This document shows positions 56,208-64,000 of a stretch of 64,000 bases of DNA, piece by piece. Origin of the DNA: a bacterium HR35. GTDB lineage: Bacteria > Patescibacteriota > Minisyncoccia > UBA6257 > HR35. Both the position numbers and the translations under genes were made by a program. The notes below the pieces were generated by a model. The model saw nothing but the letters and a program-made list of their open reading frames with translations, was not told the origin of the DNA and did no database searches. The stretch lies in the NCBI GenBank assembly GCA_002898235.1, contig BEIL01000002.1, positions 51,264-115,263 of the forward strand, in the 5' to 3' direction. Every line of letters starts with the position of its first letter. The stretch's first letter is position 1.

Positions 56208-56358
56208 AGCCTGGTCGGTTCTTAAAAAATATTTTCTTTTTATTCTTATTCTTTTTATTTTAAAAACAATTTTTCAAATCCCAACAGTTAATAAAGAAAT
56301 GAAAAAAATCTGGGAAAAGGAGATTAAAGTTTATTTTAAAAGTCGATCGGTTAAATAA
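56200..56358 (+). CDS. small hydrophobic protein (52 aa), hypothetical
   Basis: ATG overlaps the holB stop; one TM segment FLFILILFILKTIF; below the track cutoff. Confidence 0.2.
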   Translation: MDKAWSVLKKYFLFILILFILKTIFQIPTVNKEMKKIWEKEIKVYFKSRSVK

Positions 56359-56368
56359 CTAATAAGAA

Positions 56369-56911
56369 ATGATTAATGACTTTAAAAAAGCTTTAGAAAG
56401 TCTGTTAAATGAATTTAAAGAAAAATTAAAAGAAATAAGAGGTCACCGCTTAAATTTAACTTTTTTAGAAAATTTGGAAATTGAAGTTTATGGCAAAGAT
56501 TATCCCTTAAAAGCCTTAGGTTTTCTATCGCAACTTGATCCTTTAACTTTTAAACTTGATGTTTTTGATGAAACTCTTTTGAGTTCAATTGAAGCTGGTT
56601 TAAATAATAGAAATCTAGGTTTATCTTTATCAAAAGAAAAAAGAAGTTTAATAATTAAATTTCCTCCCTTAACCGAAGAAACAAGAAAGAAAATTATTAA
56701 AAATTTAAACGAACTTAAAGAAGAAATCAGAATTAAAGCAAGAAAATTAAGAGATGATTTTTTAAAGGATTTGAAAGCTCAAAAAGAAAAAAAAGAAATC
56801 TCTGAAGATAATTTTTATAAAACTAAAGAAGCTTTTGACAAGGAAATCGAGAATTTTAATAAAAAAGTCGAAGAGTTATTTCAAGCTAAGGAGAAAGAGA
56901 TTTTAAGCTAA
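56369..56911 (+). CDS. frr: ribosome recycling factor
   Basis: RINLTFLENLEIEVYGKDYPLKALG... Confidence 0.85.
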   Translation: MINDFKKALESLLNEFKEKLKEIRGHRLNLTFLENLEIEVYGKDYPLKALGFLSQLDPLTFKLDVFDETLLSSIEAGLNNRNLGLSLSKEKRSLIIKFPPLTEETRKKIIKNLNELKEEIRIKARKLRDDFLKDLKAQKEKKEISEDNFYKTKEAFDKEIENFNKKVEELFQAKEKEILS

Positions 56912-57951
56912 TGGAAATAGTTTTAAGCTTTCTTTTTTTTCTTAACTTAATAATTTTTTTTCACGAACTTGGTCATTTTCTTTTAGCTAAAAAAATGAAA
57001 GTTGATGTGCTTGAATTTTCTCTAGGTTTTCCTCCTTTTATTTTTAGAAAAAAAATTGGCGAAACTATTTATAGTTTAGGTTTAACTCTTTTAGGTGGCT
57101 ATGTTAAACTCAAAGGTGAAGAAAATCTAGAAGAAAATGGTTTTTTAGCTTCACCTCCAAAAGTGAGAAGCTTTATAGTTTTAGGAGGAATTTTGATGAA
57201 TGTTTTTTTAGCTTATTTTCTTTTTTCTTTAAGTTATTTAATAGCTTTTCCTCAACCTTCAGAAAAAATAATTGTTAGCGGTTTTTTAGAAGGAAGTCCA
57301 GCTAAGGGTTTTTTAAATAAAGGAGATGTTTTAAGAAGCTTTCAAATTGAGAACAAAAAATATTATTTTAAAGATCCTTTAGAGGTTTCTCAGTTTTTTA
57401 GAAATAATTTAGGCAAAGAAATAAAAATAGAAATTGAAAGGCAGGGAGAAATAAAAGAAATAACTTTACGTTTACCAGAAAAACCATTAAATTCGCAAGC
57501 TGTTTTAGGAATTTATCTTTCTAATTTCGAATTGGTTAAGAAAAGCTTTCCTCTTAATTTTTATTTTGCCCTAAAAGAGTTGGTCAATCAGACCAAAAAA
57601 ACAATTTTTGGTTTTTATTTAATCTTTAAAAATTTTTTTACCAAAGAAAAAGCACCAGTTGAAGTTGTTGGTCCAGTAGGTATCTTTAATTATTATCGAA
57701 ATATTCAAGAATTTGGTTTGGGTTACATTTTTTATTTTATTGGCAGTCTTTCTCTTTATTTAGCTTTCTTTAATCTTTTACCTCTACCAGCTTTAGATGG
57801 TGGAAGATTAATTTTTATTCTTTTTGAGATGATTTTCAAAAAGAGATTGGAGCTAAAGATAGAAGCTTTAATCCATTCTCTTGGTTTCTTACTTCTTTTC
57901 TCTCTTTTAGTTTTGATAACCTTAAAAGATATTTTAAAATTATTTAGATGA
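56911..57951 (+). CDS. rseP: RseP-type site-2 protease (M50)
   Basis: HELGHF zinc motif, PDZ-like segment, LPLPALDGGRL. Confidence 0.85.
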   Translation: MEIVLSFLFFLNLIIFFHELGHFLLAKKMKVDVLEFSLGFPPFIFRKKIGETIYSLGLTLLGGYVKLKGEENLEENGFLASPPKVRSFIVLGGILMNVFLAYFLFSLSYLIAFPQPSEKIIVSGFLEGSPAKGFLNKGDVLRSFQIENKKYYFKDPLEVSQFFRNNLGKEIKIEIERQGEIKEITLRLPEKPLNSQAVLGIYLSNFELVKKSFPLNFYFALKELVNQTKKTIFGFYLIFKNFFTKEKAPVEVVGPVGIFNYYRNIQEFGLGYIFYFIGSLSLYLAFFNLLPLPALDGGRLIFILFEMIFKKRLELKIEALIHSLGFLLLFSLLVLITLKDILKLFR

Positions 57952-59372
57952 TTAGTTTTAAAAAAGAAGAAAATTTATCTGATTGGTATTTAGAGGTTTT
58001 AACCAAAGCTGATATTTTTGATTATGGTCCAGTAAAGGGAACGATTATTTTTAAACCTTATGGTTATGCTCTTTGGGAAAATATCCAAAAAATTTTAGAT
58101 TCTTTGATAAAAAAAGAAATTGGTGCTTTAAATTCTTATTTTCCTTTATTTATTCCTGAAAGTTATCTAAAGAAAGAAAAAGAGCATCTAGAAGGTTTTA
58201 GTCCAGAAGTAGCAGTTGTTACCTATGCAGGCGGCGAAGAACTTCAGGAAAAACTAATTGTTAGACCAACTTCAGAAACAATTATGTATGCTGCTTTTTC
58301 AAAATGGATAAAATCTTACCGAGATTTACCTTTAATTGTTAATCAATGGTGTAATGTCGTCAGATGGGAAAAAAGGCCATTTCCCTTTTTAAGAAATACG
58401 GAATTTCTTTGGCAAGAAGGCCATGGAGTCCATGCTACTCATGAAGATTCTTTAGAAACAGTTTTTAAAGCTTTAACTGTTTATCTTAAGGTTTATCAAG
58501 AATACTTAGGAATTTTTGGTTTTGGGGGACAAAAATCTGAAAGCGAAAAGTTTGCTGGCGCTTTAAAAACTTTTACTTATGAAATTTTAATGCCCGATGG
58601 CAAAGCTCTTCAAGGTTGTACTTCTCATGATTTAGGTCAAAACTTTTCTTTGCCTTTTGAAATTAGATTCCAGGATAAAGATATGAATTTAAAATATGTT
58701 TGGCAAAACTCTTGGGGATTTTCAACTAGATCTTTAGGTGCCATTTTTATGGTTCATGGAGATGAAAATGGTTTAATTTTGCCACCAACCATTGCTCCTT
58801 ATCAATTTGTTATTATTCCTATCTATGATGGACGGGTGGATAGAGAAATTGATGATTGGGCTAAAAAAATTATGGCTAGTCTTAAAGAAAAAAACTTTTC
58901 TGTTTTTTATGATACTTCAGAAGAAACACCTGGTTTTAAGTTTAATTTCTGGGAATTGAAAGGAGCTCCCTTTCGAATTGAGATTGGCAAAAAGGAGTTA
59001 GAAAATAAAAAGTTGACTTTGTTTAGAAGGGATAACAAAGAAAAAGAAACTTTAACTTTAGAAAACTTGATTGATAACTATCCTCGGTTGGAAAAAAATT
59101 TCATTCAAAATCTTTTTCAAAGATCTAAAGAATTTACCCTGAAAAATATTTCTGAACCTTCATCTTATTCAGAATTTAAAGAAATTATGGAAACTAAAAG
59201 GGGTTTTTTGAGGGTTTTCTGGTGCGAAAATGAAAAATGCGAAGCTAAAATTAAAGAAGAAACAAAAGCTACTACTCGTTGTTTACCTTTAGAGGAGAAA
59301 GAAGAGAAAGGAAAATGTATTTATTGCGGAAAAGAAGCTAAACGTCGCTGGCTTTTTGCTCAGGCTTACTAA
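57948..59372 (+). CDS. proS: prolyl-tRNA synthetase, archaeal/eukaryotic-type
   Basis: Class II motifs, RPTSETIMY, C-terminal Zn-binding tail ending ...AQAY. Confidence 0.85.
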   Translation: MISFKKEENLSDWYLEVLTKADIFDYGPVKGTIIFKPYGYALWENIQKILDSLIKKEIGALNSYFPLFIPESYLKKEKEHLEGFSPEVAVVTYAGGEELQEKLIVRPTSETIMYAAFSKWIKSYRDLPLIVNQWCNVVRWEKRPFPFLRNTEFLWQEGHGVHATHEDSLETVFKALTVYLKVYQEYLGIFGFGGQKSESEKFAGALKTFTYEILMPDGKALQGCTSHDLGQNFSLPFEIRFQDKDMNLKYVWQNSWGFSTRSLGAIFMVHGDENGLILPPTIAPYQFVIIPIYDGRVDREIDDWAKKIMASLKEKNFSVFYDTSEETPGFKFNFWELKGAPFRIEIGKKELENKKLTLFRRDNKEKETLTLENLIDNYPRLEKNFIQNLFQRSKEFTLKNISEPSSYSEFKEIMETKRGFLRVFWCENEKCEAKIKEETKATTRCLPLEEKEEKGKCIYCGKEAKRRWLFAQAY

Positions 59373-59374
59373 TA

Positions 59375-60391
59375 ATGGTTAAATTTTTAAAGGAGCTTTT
59401 TTTAGGAATTGATTTAGGCACAGCAACTACCAAAATTTATCTTAAAGGTAAAGGATTTCTTAAGGAAGTGCCAACAGTTATTGCTTTTAATAAAAGAAAT
59501 AACGAAATAATTGCTATTGGTTATGAAGCTCAAAAAATGCTCGGCCGAAGTCCGGCTAATATTGAAGTTGTTAAACCATTGACTCACGGAGTAGTGACTA
59601 ATTTTGATGAAGCTCTTTATTTTCTCAATTTTCTTTTAGAAGAATTAAAAAAAGATTATTTACCAATTTTGGGTACTAAATTTTTGATTGGAATTCCGTT
59701 AGATTTAACCGAGGTTCAAAAAAGAGGAGTTGTTGATGTAGGTTTAGGTGCTGGAGCTAATAAAGTTTATTTAATTGAAGAACCTATTGCCTTTGCTTTA
59801 GGAGCTAATCTTGACATCGAAGAAGCTAAGGGGCTTTTAGTTGTTGATATTGGCGGAGGTACAACTGATATTGCTTTAATTTCCTTAGGAGGCATTGTTT
59901 TAGGTAGAAGTATTAGAATTGGTGGAGAGACTTTTAATCAAAATATAATTGATTATTTAAAAGAAAAATATGAGGTAGTTATTGGCGAAGGTCAAGCAGA
60001 AAGAGCAAAAATCTCTATAGGGACAATTATTGAAAAAAACCCGAATACTTTTTTGATTAAGGGGAGAGATATTTATTCTGGCTTACCAAAAGAAATCAAT
60101 TTTACCTCTCAGGACTTAAAAGAAAGTATTACTGATTCTCTTTTAGAAATAGCTAACCATCTTAGGGATATAATAAATTTAGCTCCCCCAGATCTTTTAG
60201 GCGATATTAGTTCTTTGGGGATTTTTTTAGGAGGCGGTGGTTCTTTAATTGAGGGCATCGGCCAATTTTTAGAAAAAGAAATAAAAGTTAAAGTTAATTT
60301 AGTTGAGGAATCAAAATTTTCGGTTATTCGAGGTTTAGGTAAAATTATAGAAGATTTTAATCATTATCAAAAACTTCTTTTGAATATTTAA
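59375..60391 (+). CDS. mreB: rod-shape protein MreB (paralog 2, heads the mreB-mreC-mreD-mrdA cluster)
   Basis: GIDLGTATTKIYL, VDIGGGTTDIALIS. Confidence 0.85.
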   Translation: MVKFLKELFLGIDLGTATTKIYLKGKGFLKEVPTVIAFNKRNNEIIAIGYEAQKMLGRSPANIEVVKPLTHGVVTNFDEALYFLNFLLEELKKDYLPILGTKFLIGIPLDLTEVQKRGVVDVGLGAGANKVYLIEEPIAFALGANLDIEEAKGLLVVDIGGGTTDIALISLGGIVLGRSIRIGGETFNQNIIDYLKEKYEVVIGEGQAERAKISIGTIIEKNPNTFLIKGRDIYSGLPKEINFTSQDLKESITDSLLEIANHLRDIINLAPPDLLGDISSLGIFLGGGGSLIEGIGQFLEKEIKVKVNLVEESKFSVIRGLGKIIEDFNHYQKLLLNI

Positions 60392-60393
60392 TC

Positions 60394-61104
60394 ATGAAAA
60401 AGCTAATTATTTTTTTTCTAATTGGTTTAATTATTTTTAATCTGAGTAATCGAGTTTTAGCCGAAGAAGTAAACAATCTTCAATTTGTTTCTTTAAAAAT
60501 TCAAAAATTTTTTAATGATTTAGGAGAAGCAATTTTTACTTCTTTTTTAAAAAAAGAAGATGACCAATATAAAGAAAAATATTTTAGTCTTCTTCAAGAA
60601 TTAGCCGAATTGAAGCTTAATTTAAAAACAGCCGAAGAAAATCTTAAAGAACTATCCAGTTTAAAAAATCTTCAAAAACTCAATTTTCTTAAAAATGATA
60701 ATGTTGGTTATTATTATTTTGAAAATCTGGAAAAAGCCGAAGAAGGAGATATTGTAGTTGATAGAAAGTTAACTCTAATTGGTTTTATTTTAAAGAAAAC
60801 CAAAAACTACTTAATAGTTAAATCTTTGCTTTTTCCAGATTTAGAGTTTAATTTAGCTGATGCTGAAGGCGAGTTTTTAGGTTCTGGTAAAACCGTTGGT
60901 AACGGTTTTTTAGAAATTAATTATCCTCAAGCTAAAAAAATAGAAAAAAATCAACCAGTTTTTACTTTTGGCAATGATAATCTTTTCCCAGCTAACTTCT
61001 TAGTAGGTACAGTTTATGAAATTAAAAAAACTAATAATTCAGAAAGAGTTATTGTTAAACTTGAGGGAGCTTTTGAAGAAAAAGAATTTTATCTTTATAA
61101 ATGA
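60394..61104 (+). CDS. mreC: rod-shape protein MreC
   Basis: Signal/TM, coiled-coil, C-terminal beta domain with FPANFLVGTV. Confidence 0.65.
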   Translation: MKKLIIFFLIGLIIFNLSNRVLAEEVNNLQFVSLKIQKFFNDLGEAIFTSFLKKEDDQYKEKYFSLLQELAELKLNLKTAEENLKELSSLKNLQKLNFLKNDNVGYYYFENLEKAEEGDIVVDRKLTLIGFILKKTKNYLIVKSLLFPDLEFNLADAEGEFLGSGKTVGNGFLEINYPQAKKIEKNQPVFTFGNDNLFPANFLVGTVYEIKKTNNSERVIVKLEGAFEEKEFYLYK

Positions 61105-61502
61105 TTTATTTTCTCTTTTTACTTTTTCTTTTTTTAAATTTATTTTTGCCTTCAATTTTTTGGTTTAATTATCTTTTGTGGTTTTATTTTTTAAATAGAG
61201 AAGAGAAGAATTTTTTTAGCTTGCTCCTTTTTACTTCCTTTTTTTATGATTTTTACTATTTAAAAGATTTTGGTTATTTTTTAATGATTTTTTCGTTTCT
61301 TTTTTTAGTAATAAGCTTATTGAGAAAATTTTTACCTTTAGAAAATCCTCCTTTTCTTTTTTTGACATTCGCTTTTTTTCTTTTTTGTTTTTTAATAGCC
61401 TTTTTTTATCCTTTAAGTTTTCTAATTAAAATTTTTCTTTTAAACTTTTTAATATTTTTTCTTATCTTCCTCTTTTTACGCATTTTTCTTAAAATAATCT
61501 AG
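61101..61502 (+). CDS. mreD: MreD-like small polytopic membrane protein
   Basis: F/L-rich 133-aa membrane ORF between mreC and PBP2. Confidence 0.5.
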   Translation: MIYFLFLLFLFLNLFLPSIFWFNYLLWFYFLNREEKNFFSLLLFTSFFYDFYYLKDFGYFLMIFSFLFLVISLLRKFLPLENPPFLFLTFAFFLFCFLIAFFYPLSFLIKIFLLNFLIFFLIFLFLRIFLKII

Positions 61503-61505
61503 AAA

Positions 61506-63281
61506 ATGGATTTTCTTTTTTTGCCTCGAGGAAAAAAAGTTTTTCTTAATTTAAACTTCGCTTATCTTTATTTAATTATTTTTTTTATCTTAACTTTTTT
61601 TTTATCATTTATTGTTTTTTTAAACCTTCAATTTTTTTATAAAAGCGAAGCTCAGGAGGTTTTAAATTCTTCACGTTATTTAACATTTTTTTATTTCCCA
61701 CCAAGAGGTAAAATTTTTGATCGTTATGGAAAACTTTTAGCCGATTCTCGAAAGGTTTATGATCTTTATGCTAATTTTCAAAGTTTAACAGAAGAAGAAA
61801 AAAATATGTTAACAGAAATTTTAGAAAAAGAAAAACCGCTTTATTTTTATTGGGGAGATGAACTAATAATTAGATTTTTAGAGCTTAATCAAGTAAGTAA
61901 AATTTTAGCTAATAAAGAAAAATATCCTAATATTTTTTTGATTCCCAGTTATAAGAGAGTTTACTATGGCGGCGAGGCTTTTGGTAATCTAATAGGCTAT
62001 TTAGGCCTAAGCGAAAAAAACAATTTGGAATTTGAAGGAAAAATTGGGATTGAGTCTTTTTATGATGAAGTTTTAAAAGGTAAGCCTGGCAAAATAGTTT
62101 ATCAAAAAATTAAAGGTAAATTAGTAAAAGTTTTAGAAGAAGAACCGATTTCCGGGAATGATATTTATTTAACAATTGATAAAGAACTTCAAGAAGCTAT
62201 TTACCAAGAGTTTAAAAATTATTTTCAAGAAACTGGCTATCAAAAAGGTAGCTTTATTTTAACTGATCCTCGTAATGGAGAAGTAATAGCTCTGATTTCT
62301 TATCCTTCTTTTGATTCAAATATCTTCTTAGAAAAAAGAAAAGAAATTCAAAAAATTTTAACCAACCAAAATAATCCTCTCTTTAATAGAGCTATTAGTG
62401 GCCTTTATTCTCCCGGTTCAACTATTAAAATAATAATTGGTGGAGCTGCTTTAGAAGAAAAAGTTGTTACTCCTCAAACAAAAATTTATTCAGCCGGAGA
62501 AATTAGAATACCTCATCCTTATTTTCCAGGAATTTATTCTGTTTTTAAAGATAACAAAGTCCATGGCTGGACAGATATTTATAAAGCTATTTCTAATTCT
62601 GTTAATGTTTATTTTTATTTAGTAGGCGGTGGTTATCCTTATCCCAATGAAGAACTACCCATTAAGAACGGTTTAGGAATTGAGAGGCTTGTTAATTATT
62701 TTAAAAAATTCAATTTAGGAGAAAAGACCGGAATTGATTTTCCTGGAGAAAAAGCAGGAATTTTACCTCAGTGGGAAAACAAAACTTGGAGACTAGGAGA
62801 TACTTATAATGTTTCTATCGGTCAAGGAGAAATATTAGTAACTCCTTTGCAAATAAATCTTTGGACTTCTTATTTTACTTATGGGAAAATTTATCGTCCT
62901 CATCTTCTAAAAAAAATTGTGGATAATCAAGGAAAAACTGTTTTTGAAGCTAAAAGTTTAGTTTTGAGAGAAAATATTATTTCAGAAGAAAATTGGAAGA
63001 TAATTAAGGAAGCAATGAAATTAACAGTCACTCAAGGGACAGCCAAAATGTTAAACGATCTTCCTTTGAAATTGGCTGGCAAAAGCGGTTCTCCTCAAAT
63101 TTTAGGTAAAGAAAAGTTGAATGCTATTTTTACTGGCTTTGCTCCTTTTGATAAACCAGAAATAACAGCTACCATTTTAATCGAAGAAGTTCCTTATGGA
63201 TCAGTAGCTTCTTTGCCTTTATTTAAAAATATAATGGCTCTTTATTATCAATTAAAAGTAAATGGAAGAAATTCTTTTTAA
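61506..63281 (+). CDS. mrdA: penicillin-binding protein 2 (elongasome transpeptidase)
   Basis: N-terminal TM, dimerisation domain, SPGSTIK (SxxK), SNS, KSG motifs. Confidence 0.85.
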   Translation: MDFLFLPRGKKVFLNLNFAYLYLIIFFILTFFLSFIVFLNLQFFYKSEAQEVLNSSRYLTFFYFPPRGKIFDRYGKLLADSRKVYDLYANFQSLTEEEKNMLTEILEKEKPLYFYWGDELIIRFLELNQVSKILANKEKYPNIFLIPSYKRVYYGGEAFGNLIGYLGLSEKNNLEFEGKIGIESFYDEVLKGKPGKIVYQKIKGKLVKVLEEEPISGNDIYLTIDKELQEAIYQEFKNYFQETGYQKGSFILTDPRNGEVIALISYPSFDSNIFLEKRKEIQKILTNQNNPLFNRAISGLYSPGSTIKIIIGGAALEEKVVTPQTKIYSAGEIRIPHPYFPGIYSVFKDNKVHGWTDIYKAISNSVNVYFYLVGGGYPYPNEELPIKNGLGIERLVNYFKKFNLGEKTGIDFPGEKAGILPQWENKTWRLGDTYNVSIGQGEILVTPLQINLWTSYFTYGKIYRPHLLKKIVDNQGKTVFEAKSLVLRENIISEENWKIIKEAMKLTVTQGTAKMLNDLPLKLAGKSGSPQILGKEKLNAIFTGFAPFDKPEITATILIEEVPYGSVASLPLFKNIMALYYQLKVNGRNSF

Positions 63282-64000
63282 AAAACCAATATTTACAGAA
63301 GAAGAGGAATTTCTTTTGAAGCCATTTTTTACCAATCTAGATAAATCAGTCTATGCTCTTACTCTTTTGCCTCCAGAGCTTGTAGGAGCTCTAGCCTCTC
63401 GAGCTTCTCGGGCAAAAGATGATTTGAGGATAGTTTTTTTAAATGATTTTATTAAACCATTTTTAGACACACCTTCGGGACAAGCTTTTTATCAACTTTC
63501 TAATTTTTTTCATCAGTATCCTTACGAAGTTTTATTTGCTAATCCTAAAGCTCGAGAGTTTTATTTAAAGTGGTTAGCGGATTATGGCGATGATTCGATA
63601 GCTCAAATGAGTGGAGTCCATCTTGTTTTTTCTTCCTTGTCTCAAATAGCAATTAAACATTTTGAAAATCAAAGAATTGGTTTAGCGCCAATTGAAAAAT
63701 CAACTCGCTATGTTGATTTTTCGGAAAAGATAAATGGTCATTTTCTTTATTTGACTCCACCAGAAATCAAAAAATTAAATTTAGAAAAAGAATACGAAAA
63801 TTTAATGGATCAAGCTTTTACTCTTTATCTTTTAGCTTCAGAAAAATATTTAGAATTTTTAAAGAAAGAATATCCAGAAGAAAAAGAAAGAGTTTTAAAA
63901 ACTAAAGTTTACGATGAACTAAGAAGAATTTTGCCCTTGAGTACTTTAAGTCAAGTTGCTTTTTTTGGAAATGGTCAAGCTTTTGAATATTTAATTAATC
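63263..64000 (+). CDS. ThyX-family (flavin-dependent thymidylate synthase-like) protein, 5' part only
   Basis: FENQRIGLAPIEKSTRYV aligns to the ThyX FRHRIAS..ELSGRY motif, but RHR is replaced by NQR. Confidence 0.35.

Noticed and set aside
1-64000. Alternative genetic code (UGA=Gly/Trp, as in some CPR lineages)
   Set aside because: TGA is used as a stop in multiple tight ATGA overlaps (infC/rpmI, rpsO/NYN, NYN/pnp, ileS/DegT) and conserved proteins end where expected; standard code 11 fits.
1-64000. CRISPR arrays and rRNA genes
   Set aside because: No regularly spaced direct repeats of 25-40 bp and no rRNA-like conserved tracts were seen; the only tandem repeats are the intein array, the 17-bp promoter-region repeat and the 12-nt duplication in rplD.

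Overview
AT-rich (~30% GC) bacterial chromosomal segment with the standard genetic code: TGA is used as a stop in several ATGA start/stop overlaps. The gene content and an S10-spc ribosomal cluster in which rplO follows rpsE with no rpmD (L30) point to a small-genome CPR/Patescibacteria-like organism. Most of the window is core informational genes: recG, class II RNR, rpsO-pnp, tsaD, infC-rpmI, lepA, dtd, thrS, tuf plus the S10/spc r-protein cluster, secY, adk, holB, frr, rseP, proS and mreB-mreC-mreD-mrdA. There is one tRNA-Gly(TCC). Three accessory or odd zones stand out. (i) 3.3-7.9 kb: a compositionally distinct, strongly signalled secreted PG-binding surface protein with a PSQ-repeat linker, next to a Wzy_C (O-antigen-ligase/O-OTase) family membrane protein. 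(ii) 7.9-15.3 kb: nrdJ interrupted by a full LAGLIDADG intein that itself carries an in-frame palindromic 11-nt repeat array, followed by a cluster of coiled-coil hypothetical genes ending at a Xer-like tyrosine recombinase. (iii) about 27.4-38.8 kb: an island between dtd and thrS with distinct word/codon usage. It contains pseudogene relics (ABC-F, S51 peptidase, a GC-rich fragment), glycan-modification genes (SAM-MTase, GT2, DegT aminotransferase, SGNH hydrolase, kinase-fold protein) and a eukaryote-like type 2 IleRS; several genes here are broken at A/T homopolymers. No CRISPR array and no rRNA were seen.
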